The position numbers and the translations under genes are program-made. 64,000 bases of DNA from an uncultured Bacilli bacterium (GTDB taxonomy: Bacteria; Bacillota_I; Bacilli_A; RFN20; CAG-449): the NCBI GenBank assembly GCA_944332075.1, contig CALVJL010000001.1:3787-67786 (forward strand), read 5' to 3'. The notes under the pieces were generated by a model. That model was not told the DNA's origin. It saw only the letters and a program-made list of their open reading frames with translations, and did no database searches. Shown here in pieces: positions 22,379 to 31,308 of the stretch; the stretch's first letter is position 1; every line of letters begins with the position of its first letter.

Positions 22379-23561
22379 TTCTTACAACCACATTAATACC
22401 TTTATCAAAAGAATTGCTCTCAAAAGAACACTTTTCTGATAGAGAGACTTCTTGTAAATTATTATTTTGGAAAGCATAAGCATAGATATATTCTAGCGAA
22501 TCAGGCAATATGAGATTGCCTGAAATTTTATTATTATAAAAAGCTTTACGAGAAATTAATCTTAAAGAAGATTCATCTGTAAAAGAAATAGCGGATACTT
22601 GGTTATTTTCAAAAGCTGATGAGCGAATTTCTTCTAGTGAAGAATCAAAACTCAAAGAAGAAATTTTATCGTTCATAAAAGCTTGTGAACCAATTATTTT
22701 TACGTTAGAAACTGAAAGAGAAGAAAGATTATCGCAGTCTTTGAAAGCCCCTAAGCCAATTTCCGAAATATTCGAAAGAGACAGTGTTTCTAATTTTTTA
22801 TTATTATTAAAAGCGTGACTAGATATTTCTTTACCAGACAATGACAATGAAGTAAAACCGCAGTTTTCAAAAGCATAAGAAGCAATATTTGTAATATAGT
22901 CAAAATTTAATTCACTTAAATTCTCACAGTTTTTAAATGCATAGGAATCAATCGCGGTGACACTTGATCCCAAAGTCACCTTTTTAAGCGAGGTACATTT
23001 TTCAAAAGCTGAACCGGAAATATTAGTAATTGAACCAGAAATATTCACTTCTTCTAAATGCTGATTATTCCAAAAACAATCAATGCCCATCGACTGTAAA
23101 TTAGTGAAATTAAATGATTTGATTGCAGTTCCTTCAAAAACACCAGTTAATAAAGTTTTGACCTCTTCCCCACCGGTATACAAGACTAAATTTTGACAGT
23201 TAGAAAAGCAGTGATCTGGAAGGACTTCAATACTATCAGACATAATGACTGATTCTAGTTTTTTGCAGTCTCGAAAAGCATCATAACCAATGATTGTCAC
23301 TGTATCAGGTATCGTAACTTCTTTTAAATAATTATTTCCTTTAAAAGCATTTTCCTGAATCGATACAACAGTGTAAACATTGTTATCAACAGTTATAGTT
23401 TCTGGAATATTTAAAACCGGGTAATTATACCCTGAAGAAACGACCATCGCTGTCATATCACCATTATTTAACACATAATTAATTGTGTTGTTATTTTGTC
23501 CGCATCCCATTAAAGACAAAGACAAAACGCAAACTGAAAATTTAGCAATTTTTGAATTCAT
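22362..23561 (-). CDS. BspA-type leucine-rich-repeat surface lipoprotein
   Basis: 399 aa. Lipobox LSLMGCGQ. About 14 tandem ~23-aa repeats of the LRR_5/BspA type (xxIxxxAFxxCxxLxxVxIPxSV). Confidence 0.75.
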   Translation of the reverse strand: MNSKIAKFSVCVLSLSLMGCGQNNNTINYVLNNGDMTAMVVSSGYNYPVLNIPETITVDNNVYTVVSIQENAFKGNNYLKEVTIPDTVTIIGYDAFRDCKKLESVIMSDSIEVLPDHCFSNCQNLVLYTGGEEVKTLLTGVFEGTAIKSFNFTNLQSMGIDCFWNNQHLEEVNISGSITNISGSAFEKCTSLKKVTLGSSVTAIDSYAFKNCENLSELNFDYITNIASYAFENCGFTSLSLSGKEISSHAFNNNKKLETLSLSNISEIGLGAFKDCDNLSSLSVSNVKIIGSQAFMNDKISSLSFDSSLEEIRSSAFENNQVSAISFTDESSLRLISRKAFYNNKISGNLILPDSLEYIYAYAFQNNNLQEVSLSEKCSFESNSFDKGINVVVRNENNQ

Positions 23562-24261
23562 AGAGCATAATACCTCCGGCTATCGCGACATTTAACGAGT
23601 CGATATTATTCATATCAATTTTTGTAACAATATCACATAATGATAGATTTTCTTGACTAATTCCTTGACCCTCATTTCCTAAGACTATGATAAACGGGGA
23701 GGAAATATTAACTTGATCAATATATTGTTCACTTTGTAAAGACGTTCCAAGTAAGGTAAATTTGTTTTTAAATTCTTTTAATTCTCTATCTTGATAAACT
23801 GGAATTGCGAAAATAGCACCTTTACTTGCAGAAATTACTTTATCGTTATAGAGTGACGCAGAATCAGAAGAAAGAATTACTCCGTCATATGAAAAAGCTA
23901 AAGCTGTCCTAATGATAGTTCCAACATTTCCAGGATCTTGAACTTTATCTAAATAAACGTATTTTTTCCCATAAAGAGGTTTTTCTTCCATATATGAACA
24001 GACACCGATTACATTAGAAGTTGAAACATTACAAGAAAGTTTTTCGATAATTTCATCAGTCACTAAAATTTTTTCGACATCGTAGTTAGAGAAATCTCCT
24101 CTAGAAAATAAAATCTCTTTTAGTAAATGATGATTATATGCTTCTTTGATAAAATCTTCACCATCAACTAAAAACATCTGCTTATCTTTTTTGACTTTAT
24201 TTTTTTTAAGAAGAGCTAAATCTTTAATATGTGGATTGCTAAGAGAAGTAATTTCTTTCAT
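23542..24261 (-). CDS. TrmH/SpoU-family RNA 2'-O-methyltransferase
   Basis: 239 aa. SPOUT motifs (LDKVQDPGNVGTIIRTALAF, IVLGNEGQGIS, ESLNVAIAGGIMLYE). Confidence 0.8.
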   Translation of the reverse strand: MKEITSLSNPHIKDLALLKKNKVKKDKQMFLVDGEDFIKEAYNHHLLKEILFSRGDFSNYDVEKILVTDEIIEKLSCNVSTSNVIGVCSYMEEKPLYGKKYVYLDKVQDPGNVGTIIRTALAFSYDGVILSSDSASLYNDKVISASKGAIFAIPVYQDRELKEFKNKFTLLGTSLQSEQYIDQVNISSPFIIVLGNEGQGISQENLSLCDIVTKIDMNNIDSLNVAIAGGIMLYEFKNC

Positions 24262-24921
24262 CTAATTGACCTTTCCATAAATTAACTTTTGTGTTTTTTC
24301 TTTATAGTTTTGGCAATATTGCTCGACTAAATTATAAAACTTTTGCGAATGGTTTGCGACTTTATCATGGCAAAGCTCATGAATGATTACCGAATCGATT
24401 AATTCTTTTGAAAAGTGAACTAATTTTATTCCAAAAGTAATCTCATGACTTTTTAAATGGTTAACGCCTAAGCAGGTTACCATATTTCTAATTTTAATTT
24501 GATGATGACTTAATCCCATAATTTTTTCTAATTCTTCTAACCTATTAACGATATAGGAATATAGTATTTCTTTAATAGAAAGAAAGCCATTTCCAAGGTT
24601 AACATAACAATGCTCGTAATCAAACGATGACTTTCCGCGGTTAATAAAATGATAGACGCTCCCAAAAATATAAACATAGCTATCAGTATAAAGAGGAGTC
24701 AGATTGATTTTAGCTAATTTTTCATATGGAAAAATTTTTTCTAATCTTTCGCGAAGTGAAGATAAAGAAGAATTTTCGCTAATAGTAGTAGAGATAATCC
24801 CGTAGCAAAGATAAAAAGTTCTACGATTTCGCGTCCCATACGTCACTTCAACTGGAATATTTAAGTTATGGAGATTAAGATGCAAAGTTTTCTTCATATA
24901 AAACATTATAACAACTATCAT
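24262..24921 (-). CDS. YgjP/SprT-like (DUF45) zinc metallohydrolase
   Basis: 219 aa. C-terminal HELCHDKVANHSQKF (HExxH...NHS), as in the YgjP/M48-like family. Start ambiguous (ATG 24921 or ATG 24897); neither has a strong RBS. Confidence 0.6.
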   Translation of the reverse strand: MIVVIMFYMKKTLHLNLHNLNIPVEVTYGTRNRRTFYLCYGIISTTISENSSLSSLRERLEKIFPYEKLAKINLTPLYTDSYVYIFGSVYHFINRGKSSFDYEHCYVNLGNGFLSIKEILYSYIVNRLEELEKIMGLSHHQIKIRNMVTCLGVNHLKSHEITFGIKLVHFSKELIDSVIIHELCHDKVANHSQKFYNLVEQYCQNYKEKTQKLIYGKVN

Positions 24922-24994
24922 TTTTTAGAAGAAGATTTTGTTAAAAGATGTAATAACTTGTATCTTTCGAAAAAAAATGAAAAAATAACTGAGT

Positions 24995-25447
24995 ATGGAA
25001 AAGATATTAGTAAGTGCCTGTCTCGTCGGCGATAACTGTAAATATGACGGAAAAAATAACCTTAATAAAGATGTTTTATCATTAACTGAATATTTTGATT
25101 TAATTTTAATTTGTCCCGAAACCTTTGGAGGATTAAAAACTCCTCGCCTACCTAGCGAGAGAAACGGAAAAAAAGTAATTAATCAAAAAGGAAAAGATGT
25201 CACTCAAAATTATATTGATGGAGCTTATCTCTCGTTAGCTATCGCAAAAGAAAATCACGTGCGTTACGCGATGATGAAAGAAAAATCTCCTTCTTGCGGC
25301 GTCCATCAAATCTATGATGGAAGTTTCTCGCATAAGGTAGTCGACGGAATGGGAATAACTAGCGAAATTCTTAAAGAAAATGGAATTGAAGTTTTCTCTG
25401 AAAACGAAATACCATTACTTCTTGAGAAAATAAAAAGGAACGGTTAA
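24995..25447 (+). CDS. DUF523 (YbbK/TudS-like 2-thiouracil desulfidase family) protein
   Basis: 150 aa. MEKILVSACLVG.NC.YDG ... SPSCGV cysteine pattern typical of DUF523. Confidence 0.65.
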   Translation: MEKILVSACLVGDNCKYDGKNNLNKDVLSLTEYFDLILICPETFGGLKTPRLPSERNGKKVINQKGKDVTQNYIDGAYLSLAIAKENHVRYAMMKEKSPSCGVHQIYDGSFSHKVVDGMGITSEILKENGIEVFSENEIPLLLEKIKRNG

Positions 25448-25468
25448 TTACATAAGCGTTCCTTTTTT
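25432..25468. terminator. bidirectional terminator between the DUF523 gene and glgP
   Basis: aaaaaggaacg-gttaattacataag-cgttccttttttc. A-run/T-run flanked hairpin overlapping the DUF523 stop. Confidence 0.65.
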
Positions 25469-25470
25469 CT

Positions 25471-27891
25471 TTACTTTTCTTCTTCGTATTTAATTTTTTC
25501 TAACTGCCAGATATCATCAACATATTGTTGAATTGTTCTATCTGAAGAGAAATAGCCAGCTTTTGCTACGTTGATCAAGCAAGAACGGGCCCAAGCTTCT
25601 TTATCTTTATAACGTCTTTCGATTTCTTCGCTTGCTTTGATATAGCTTTCTAAGTCGAGAAGATTGAAGTATTCATCGTTTCTCCACATAATCTCATCAA
25701 AGATTAAACGGAATTCTTCTTGATTTGGATGCCAAGATCTATCCATCAACGAATCCATAATAATCTTTGCCCAGCGATTTGAGTTATAAATATCCCAAGC
25801 CTTATAAGAACCAGATTTACGAATCTTATCAAGTTCTTCTGTCTTCAATCCGAAGATGACAGAATTAGCATCGCCGACAAGAGCATTAATTTCGACATTA
25901 GCTCCATCGAGAGTACCTAAAGTGATAGCTCCGTTGATCATAAACTTCATATTAGATGTACCGGAAGCTTCTTTACCAGCAGTAGAGATTTGTTCGGAAA
26001 CATCTGATCCAGGAATGATGACTTCAGCTGATGAAACACCATAGTTTTCAATAAAGACAACCTTCATGAATTTATTGACTTCCAGATCGTTATTAACAGT
26101 TCTTGCGATGCAGTTAATTAATTCAATAACCTTTTTCGCAAAAATATAGCTAGGTGCTGCTTTTGCTCCGAAGATGAAAGTATGCGGAGTCATCTTGAAT
26201 CCGGTATCGGTTTTTAACCTCTTGTAGTAATAAATAATTCTGAAAACATTCATCAATTGTCTCTTATAAGCATGGAGACGTTTGATTTGTGTATCGAAAA
26301 TTGAATTAACATCGACATCAATATCATTATGTTCTTTAATATAAGCTGCTAATCTTAATTTATTATTCTTTTTAATTTTAGCAACTTGTTTGAGAACTTT
26401 TTTATCATCGATAAAAACCATCAATTTTTGAAGTTCTTCCGGATGGACAATCCAGTCTTCTGAACCGAGTAATTCAGTAATTAATTTTGCTAAATCTGGG
26501 TTGCAGTTGACAAGCCATCTTCTATGGGTGACACCATTTGTCTTATTATTAAATTTTTCTGGATATAAAGTATATAAATCTTTAAATGTATCAGCTTTAC
26601 AAATTTCAGTATGAAGTTTAGCAACTCCGTTAACTGAGAAGACTGCATGGATACCGAGGTTGGTCATATGAATCATGCCATCTTTAATGATTCTAACGCG
26701 GTAAATGAAATCCTCTGAATATCCTTGAGCTCTTAAAGAATTGACGAATCTACGATCAATTTCTTCAATAATCATATAAATTCTTGGTAAGAGGTTGCTT
26801 ACGAAAGAAACAGGCCATTTTTCCAAAGCTTCTGCCATAATTGTATGGTTTGTATAAGCCATGCAGTGATTGACTTGATTCCAAGCTTCTTCCCAGCCAA
26901 ATCCTTCCTCATCCATTAAGATTCTCATAAGTTCTGGGATAGAAAGAATTGGGTGAGTATCATTAAGTTGGAAAACATGCTTATCAGCAAAATTCGTTAA
27001 AGTTCCATATAATTTCTTATGCTCTCTAATAGTTGATTGCATACCAGCTGAAACTAAGAAATATTGTTGACGTAATCTTAAGAGTTTGCCATGTTCATTA
27101 GAATCATCTGGATAGAGATTTTGGCAAATTTCTTCGCAGAAGAAACGATAATCATTAAAGTTTTGATTCCATGGTAAATGTTCTTCGCTTGGTTCAGCTC
27201 CCCAAAGTCTTAAAGTATTAACTACTCCGTTATGGTAGCCGATAACAGGAACATCATATGGAATTGCCTTAACATGGGTGGCATTAGATGTTCTCATATG
27301 GTAATGACCATTAGAGTCTGTGTAGTATTCAGCATTACCATAGAATTGGACGTCAATAGCTTCATCAGGTTTTCTAACTTCCCAAACATTATTTTTAGTC
27401 AACCATTGATCTGGCACTTCAACTTGTTGGTTATCCCAAATTTTTTGCTTGAAGAAACCATATTGATAACGAATGCATTGTCCGTGTCCTGGATATCCAA
27501 GTGATGCAATAGAATCGAGGAAGCAAGCAGCTAAACGACCAAGTCCACCATTACCTAAGCCAGCATCAGCTTCTTCTTCTTCAAGAGTATTGATATCGAC
27601 ACCTAAATCTTTTAATCCTTCCTTAGCAATGCGGTAAAAGCCAAGGTTCATTAAGTTATTAGTTAATAATCTTCCCATTAAGAATTCCATTGAGAAGTAA
27701 ACTAATTCTTTTGATTTATGCTCTGCGACATAATCTTTAGTATTTTTTAATTCTGTGAATGCATAGTCTCTGACCATCCCACCAAGGATTTCAAAGAGCT
27801 CACCATTGGTGCATTGGCTTATATCAGCACCATAACGTTCAAGTACTCTTTTGGTAAAATCTTTTTTAAATTCTGTTTTGTTCTTAAACAT
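25471..27891 (-). CDS. glgP: glycogen/maltodextrin phosphorylase
   Basis: 806 aa GT35. PLP-lysine region EASGTSNMKFMINGA. Confidence 0.95.
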   Translation of the reverse strand: MFKNKTEFKKDFTKRVLERYGADISQCTNGELFEILGGMVRDYAFTELKNTKDYVAEHKSKELVYFSMEFLMGRLLTNNLMNLGFYRIAKEGLKDLGVDINTLEEEEADAGLGNGGLGRLAACFLDSIASLGYPGHGQCIRYQYGFFKQKIWDNQQVEVPDQWLTKNNVWEVRKPDEAIDVQFYGNAEYYTDSNGHYHMRTSNATHVKAIPYDVPVIGYHNGVVNTLRLWGAEPSEEHLPWNQNFNDYRFFCEEICQNLYPDDSNEHGKLLRLRQQYFLVSAGMQSTIREHKKLYGTLTNFADKHVFQLNDTHPILSIPELMRILMDEEGFGWEEAWNQVNHCMAYTNHTIMAEALEKWPVSFVSNLLPRIYMIIEEIDRRFVNSLRAQGYSEDFIYRVRIIKDGMIHMTNLGIHAVFSVNGVAKLHTEICKADTFKDLYTLYPEKFNNKTNGVTHRRWLVNCNPDLAKLITELLGSEDWIVHPEELQKLMVFIDDKKVLKQVAKIKKNNKLRLAAYIKEHNDIDVDVNSIFDTQIKRLHAYKRQLMNVFRIIYYYKRLKTDTGFKMTPHTFIFGAKAAPSYIFAKKVIELINCIARTVNNDLEVNKFMKVVFIENYGVSSAEVIIPGSDVSEQISTAGKEASGTSNMKFMINGAITLGTLDGANVEINALVGDANSVIFGLKTEELDKIRKSGSYKAWDIYNSNRWAKIIMDSLMDRSWHPNQEEFRLIFDEIMWRNDEYFNLLDLESYIKASEEIERRYKDKEAWARSCLINVAKAGYFSSDRTIQQYVDDIWQLEKIKYEEEK

Positions 27892-27931
27892 TTTCTCCCC
27901 CTCTAAACAAAATTAATGGATTAACGCGCTG

Positions 27932-29776
27932 CTATTCGTCTTTTTCTTTGACATGCTTCAGAATCAGCGCACCGAAAGAAGCAAGCTTAACCGAGATGGT
28001 GTAAGGTTGATTGCACCAGCTCATGTCCATCGTAGTTAATGGTAAACCGTTATATTGGTTTAACCCGCCATAAACATCCTTATCGGAATTAAATATTTCT
28101 TTATAAGTTCCCTTAAATGAAACTCCGATATTAATGTATTCATAGTAATTAGGCGTCATATTAAAGATAAATACAAGTGTCTCATCACCATATGTTCTTC
28201 TAAAAGCATAGATTGATTGATCTGAATTATCCGCCATCAGCCATTGGAAATGAATCGGATTATATTCTTCAACATGCATTGCTTTTTCATAAGCATAAAT
28301 CCGGTTGAGATCTCTAACCATCCGCGAGATAGAATCATGCGAAGGGAACGACTTCAAATTCCAAGGTAAAGATTTTCTTTCATCCCATTCATCAAATGAA
28401 GCTAATTCATTACCCATGAAATTAAGTTTCTTACCTGGATGAGCCCACATATAAGTGTAAAGATTTCTTAATTGAGCAAATTTTTGGTCATAGTTACCAA
28501 AAATCTTATTAATAATGGTTCCTTTTCCATGAACAACCTCATCATGGGAAAGAGGTAACAAGAAATTCTCACTATAGAAATACGCCATTGAGAACGTTAG
28601 TAAATTGTGATGATATTTTCTATAAATAGGATCTTTTGAATAATATTTTAAAGTATCATTCATCCATCCTAAATCCCATTTGTAGTCAAATCCTAATCCG
28701 CCATATTCAAGAGGCTTAGTTACGCCTTGATAAGCTGTTGAATCTTCAGCGATAAGCATTACTGAATTATGAGCGATATGTAATTTTCCCGTTAATCTCT
28801 TAATAAATTCAATAGAACCGCTATTTTCTCCTCTGCGAGAATCGCCGTTCCAATAAATAATATTGCTAATTGCATCAAATCTAATTCCGTCAAAATGGAA
28901 ATAATCGACAAAATAATTAACCGCCGACATTAAGAATGAACGGACAGGATCTTTTCCAAGATCAAACATTTTGCTGCCCCATTGTGAAAATTCATTTTCA
29001 CCGGAATATTCATAAAGACAAGATCCGTCAAATCTCTCTAAGCCATAAGGATCAGTTGCAAAATGAACGACAACAAAATCAAGAATAACACCAATACCGG
29101 CTTGGTGAAGTCTATCGACAAATGACATTAATTGGAAAGGATTTCCATAACGCGAGTCGACAGAATAGAAACCAGTCGCTTGATAACCCCAGCTTCCATC
29201 ATAAGGATATTGAGTTACCGGCATTAATTCTACATGGGTATAACCATGTTCTTTGACATAATCAATTAATTTGTCGCAGACTTCCTCGTAAGAAAGATAT
29301 CTACCGCCTTCGCCGCGGCCCAGCCAACTTCCAACGTGAATTTCATAAATCGAAACTGGTTTATCAAAATTACGATCTCTTTTTTTCAAGTATTCATCAT
29401 CGTGCCAAGCAAAATTATCAACATTAAATAGTCTAGAACAAGAACCCGGGCGATATTCTGAATAAGTTGCGAAAGGATCTTGTTTATCGACATAGTCGCC
29501 ATTGCACGTTTTGATATGGAATTTATAAGACTGATAATTTTTTGCGCCTGGAACAAAAGTTTCATAGACGCCGGAGTCATCAATCTTTTTCATTTTATTT
29601 GCAAATAAATTCCAATCGTTAAATTCCCCGATGAGCGAGATCTCTTGAGCCATTGGGGCATACACTCTAAAAACAACTCCGTCTTTGCCATCTTGTTTAG
29701 TAAAATGGGCTCCGAAGTATTTGTACGCCTCGATGGTTTGACCCATCAAGAAATCATAGAGCAATCCATATGCCAT
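27932..29776 (-). CDS. glgB: 1,4-alpha-glucan branching enzyme
   Basis: 614 aa. N-terminal CBM48, GH13 catalytic core (DGIRFDAI, ...AEDST...), C-terminal all-beta domain. Confidence 0.93.
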   Translation of the reverse strand: MAYGLLYDFLMGQTIEAYKYFGAHFTKQDGKDGVVFRVYAPMAQEISLIGEFNDWNLFANKMKKIDDSGVYETFVPGAKNYQSYKFHIKTCNGDYVDKQDPFATYSEYRPGSCSRLFNVDNFAWHDDEYLKKRDRNFDKPVSIYEIHVGSWLGRGEGGRYLSYEEVCDKLIDYVKEHGYTHVELMPVTQYPYDGSWGYQATGFYSVDSRYGNPFQLMSFVDRLHQAGIGVILDFVVVHFATDPYGLERFDGSCLYEYSGENEFSQWGSKMFDLGKDPVRSFLMSAVNYFVDYFHFDGIRFDAISNIIYWNGDSRRGENSGSIEFIKRLTGKLHIAHNSVMLIAEDSTAYQGVTKPLEYGGLGFDYKWDLGWMNDTLKYYSKDPIYRKYHHNLLTFSMAYFYSENFLLPLSHDEVVHGKGTIINKIFGNYDQKFAQLRNLYTYMWAHPGKKLNFMGNELASFDEWDERKSLPWNLKSFPSHDSISRMVRDLNRIYAYEKAMHVEEYNPIHFQWLMADNSDQSIYAFRRTYGDETLVFIFNMTPNYYEYINIGVSFKGTYKEIFNSDKDVYGGLNQYNGLPLTTMDMSWCNQPYTISVKLASFGALILKHVKEKDE

Positions 29777-30019
29777 AGTTATCTCCTTGCTATATTGTTG
29801 TTTATACTATTAGTATATATCCAAAAAAGACAAATAGCAATTTTTTAAGAAATATTGTGATCCCATAACTTCTAGACAAAAGTTTTTTTCGATATAGAAT
29901 ATTAGATTTTAATATAGCAAAGTTATATTTTTGATAATTTTAAAAACGTAAAATGCCTTTATTTAGAATTGAATTTTGCTATATCGGAAGATAAAATAAA
30001 ATAGATAGGAGAAACAAAA

Positions 30020-31204
30020 ATGTCTAAAGTTATATCGGTTAATGCCGGATCATCATCATTAAAATTCAAGCTTTATGAAATGCCTGAAGAAAAAGTTATC
30101 TGCTCAGGTTTAGCTGAAAGAATCGGCTTGCCTATGGGAAATTTCGTTTTTAAAATGAACGGCGAAAAATTTGAGCATGAAACACCAATTAAAGATCATG
30201 AAGTAGCTGTTAAATTGCTCGTTGATTCACTTCTTGAACATCACTGTGTTGAATCACTTGATGAAATCAAAGGTATTGGGCACCGTATCGTTCAAGGCGG
30301 ACCATATTTTAAAGATAGTGTTGTCGTCGATGACGAAGTCGAAAAATTAATTGAATCATTAGTACCTCTTGCCCCCCTTCACAACGCTGCTCACTTAGTC
30401 GGTATTAGAGCTTTTAAGAGAATCTTACCTAACGTCAAATCAGTTGTTGTTTTCGATACTGCTTTCCACCAAACAATGGAACCAGAAGATTATATGTACG
30501 CATGTAAATATGAATATTATGAGAAATATATGGTCAGAAAATATGGCGCGCATGGTACATCGCATAAATATCTCTCTGAAAGAGCAAAGAAATTCACCGA
30601 TGGTAATAAAATCATTACTTGCCACATCGGATCTGGTGCATCTCTCTGCGCAGTAAAAGATGGAAAATGCGTTTCTACCTCAATGGGTTTAACACCTCTT
30701 GCCGGTATCATGATGGGTACAAGAACTGGGGATATTGATGCTTCAGTTATGGACTATCTCGTTACTTGCACCGGAAAATCCTGCAACGAAATTTACCAAG
30801 AATTCAATAAGCAATCTGGATTACTCGGTATCTCTGGAATCTCTCCAGATACCCGCGATGTCGAAGCTGGAATTAAACGCGGCGACGAAAGATGCATTCT
30901 CGCTTATAAGATGTATGCAAGAAGAATTGCTGATTACATCGGTCAATACTATGTTAGATTAGGCGGCTGCGATTTAATCGTCTTCTCAGCTGGTGTTGGA
31001 GAAAATTCACCATTAGTTCGTCACAATGTCTGCGCTTTATTAACAGAAGCTTTAGGTGTCAAGCTCGACGAAGAATTAAATAATTCTTGCTTTGGTGAGG
31101 AAATGGTCATTTCTGCTAAAGATTCAAAAATTAAAGTCTGCGTAATTCCAACTGATGAAGAAGCAATGATTGCTCGCGATATCGTTAGATTATTACATTG
31201 CTAA
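30020..31204 (+). CDS. ackA: acetate kinase
   Basis: 394 aa. MSKVISVNAGSSSLKFKLY N-terminus and HLGNG-type motifs (HIGSGAS). RBS GGAG 7 nt upstream. Confidence 0.95.
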   Translation: MSKVISVNAGSSSLKFKLYEMPEEKVICSGLAERIGLPMGNFVFKMNGEKFEHETPIKDHEVAVKLLVDSLLEHHCVESLDEIKGIGHRIVQGGPYFKDSVVVDDEVEKLIESLVPLAPLHNAAHLVGIRAFKRILPNVKSVVVFDTAFHQTMEPEDYMYACKYEYYEKYMVRKYGAHGTSHKYLSERAKKFTDGNKIITCHIGSGASLCAVKDGKCVSTSMGLTPLAGIMMGTRTGDIDASVMDYLVTCTGKSCNEIYQEFNKQSGLLGISGISPDTRDVEAGIKRGDERCILAYKMYARRIADYIGQYYVRLGGCDLIVFSAGVGENSPLVRHNVCALLTEALGVKLDEELNNSCFGEEMVISAKDSKIKVCVIPTDEEAMIARDIVRLLHC

Positions 31205-31210
31205 TTTATC

Positions 31211-31243
31211 AAACTGCTACTATAGAAGGTAGCAGTTTTTTTT
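31211..31243 (+). terminator. Rho-independent terminator of ackA
   Basis: ctgctac-tatagaag-gtagcag followed by 8 T. Confidence 0.8.
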
Positions 31244-31254
31244 ATATCTTTTCT

Positions 31255-31282
31255 AAAAAAAGATATCGCAACAGCGATATCC
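31255..31282 (-). terminator. Rho-independent terminator of the U32 peptidase gene
   Basis: 8-bp stem gatatcgc/gcgatatc with a 4-nt loop. A U run follows in minus sense (A run 31255-31261). Confidence 0.75.
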
Positions 31283-31308
31283 ATAATATGTTTTAATTTT
31301 GAAAATAA

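Noticed and set aside
29777-30019. Possible catabolite-responsive element in the glgB/ackA divergent promoter region (…aaaacgtaaaatg…)
   Set aside because: Only a weak match to the cre consensus TGWAANCGNTNWCA. Not supportable by eye.
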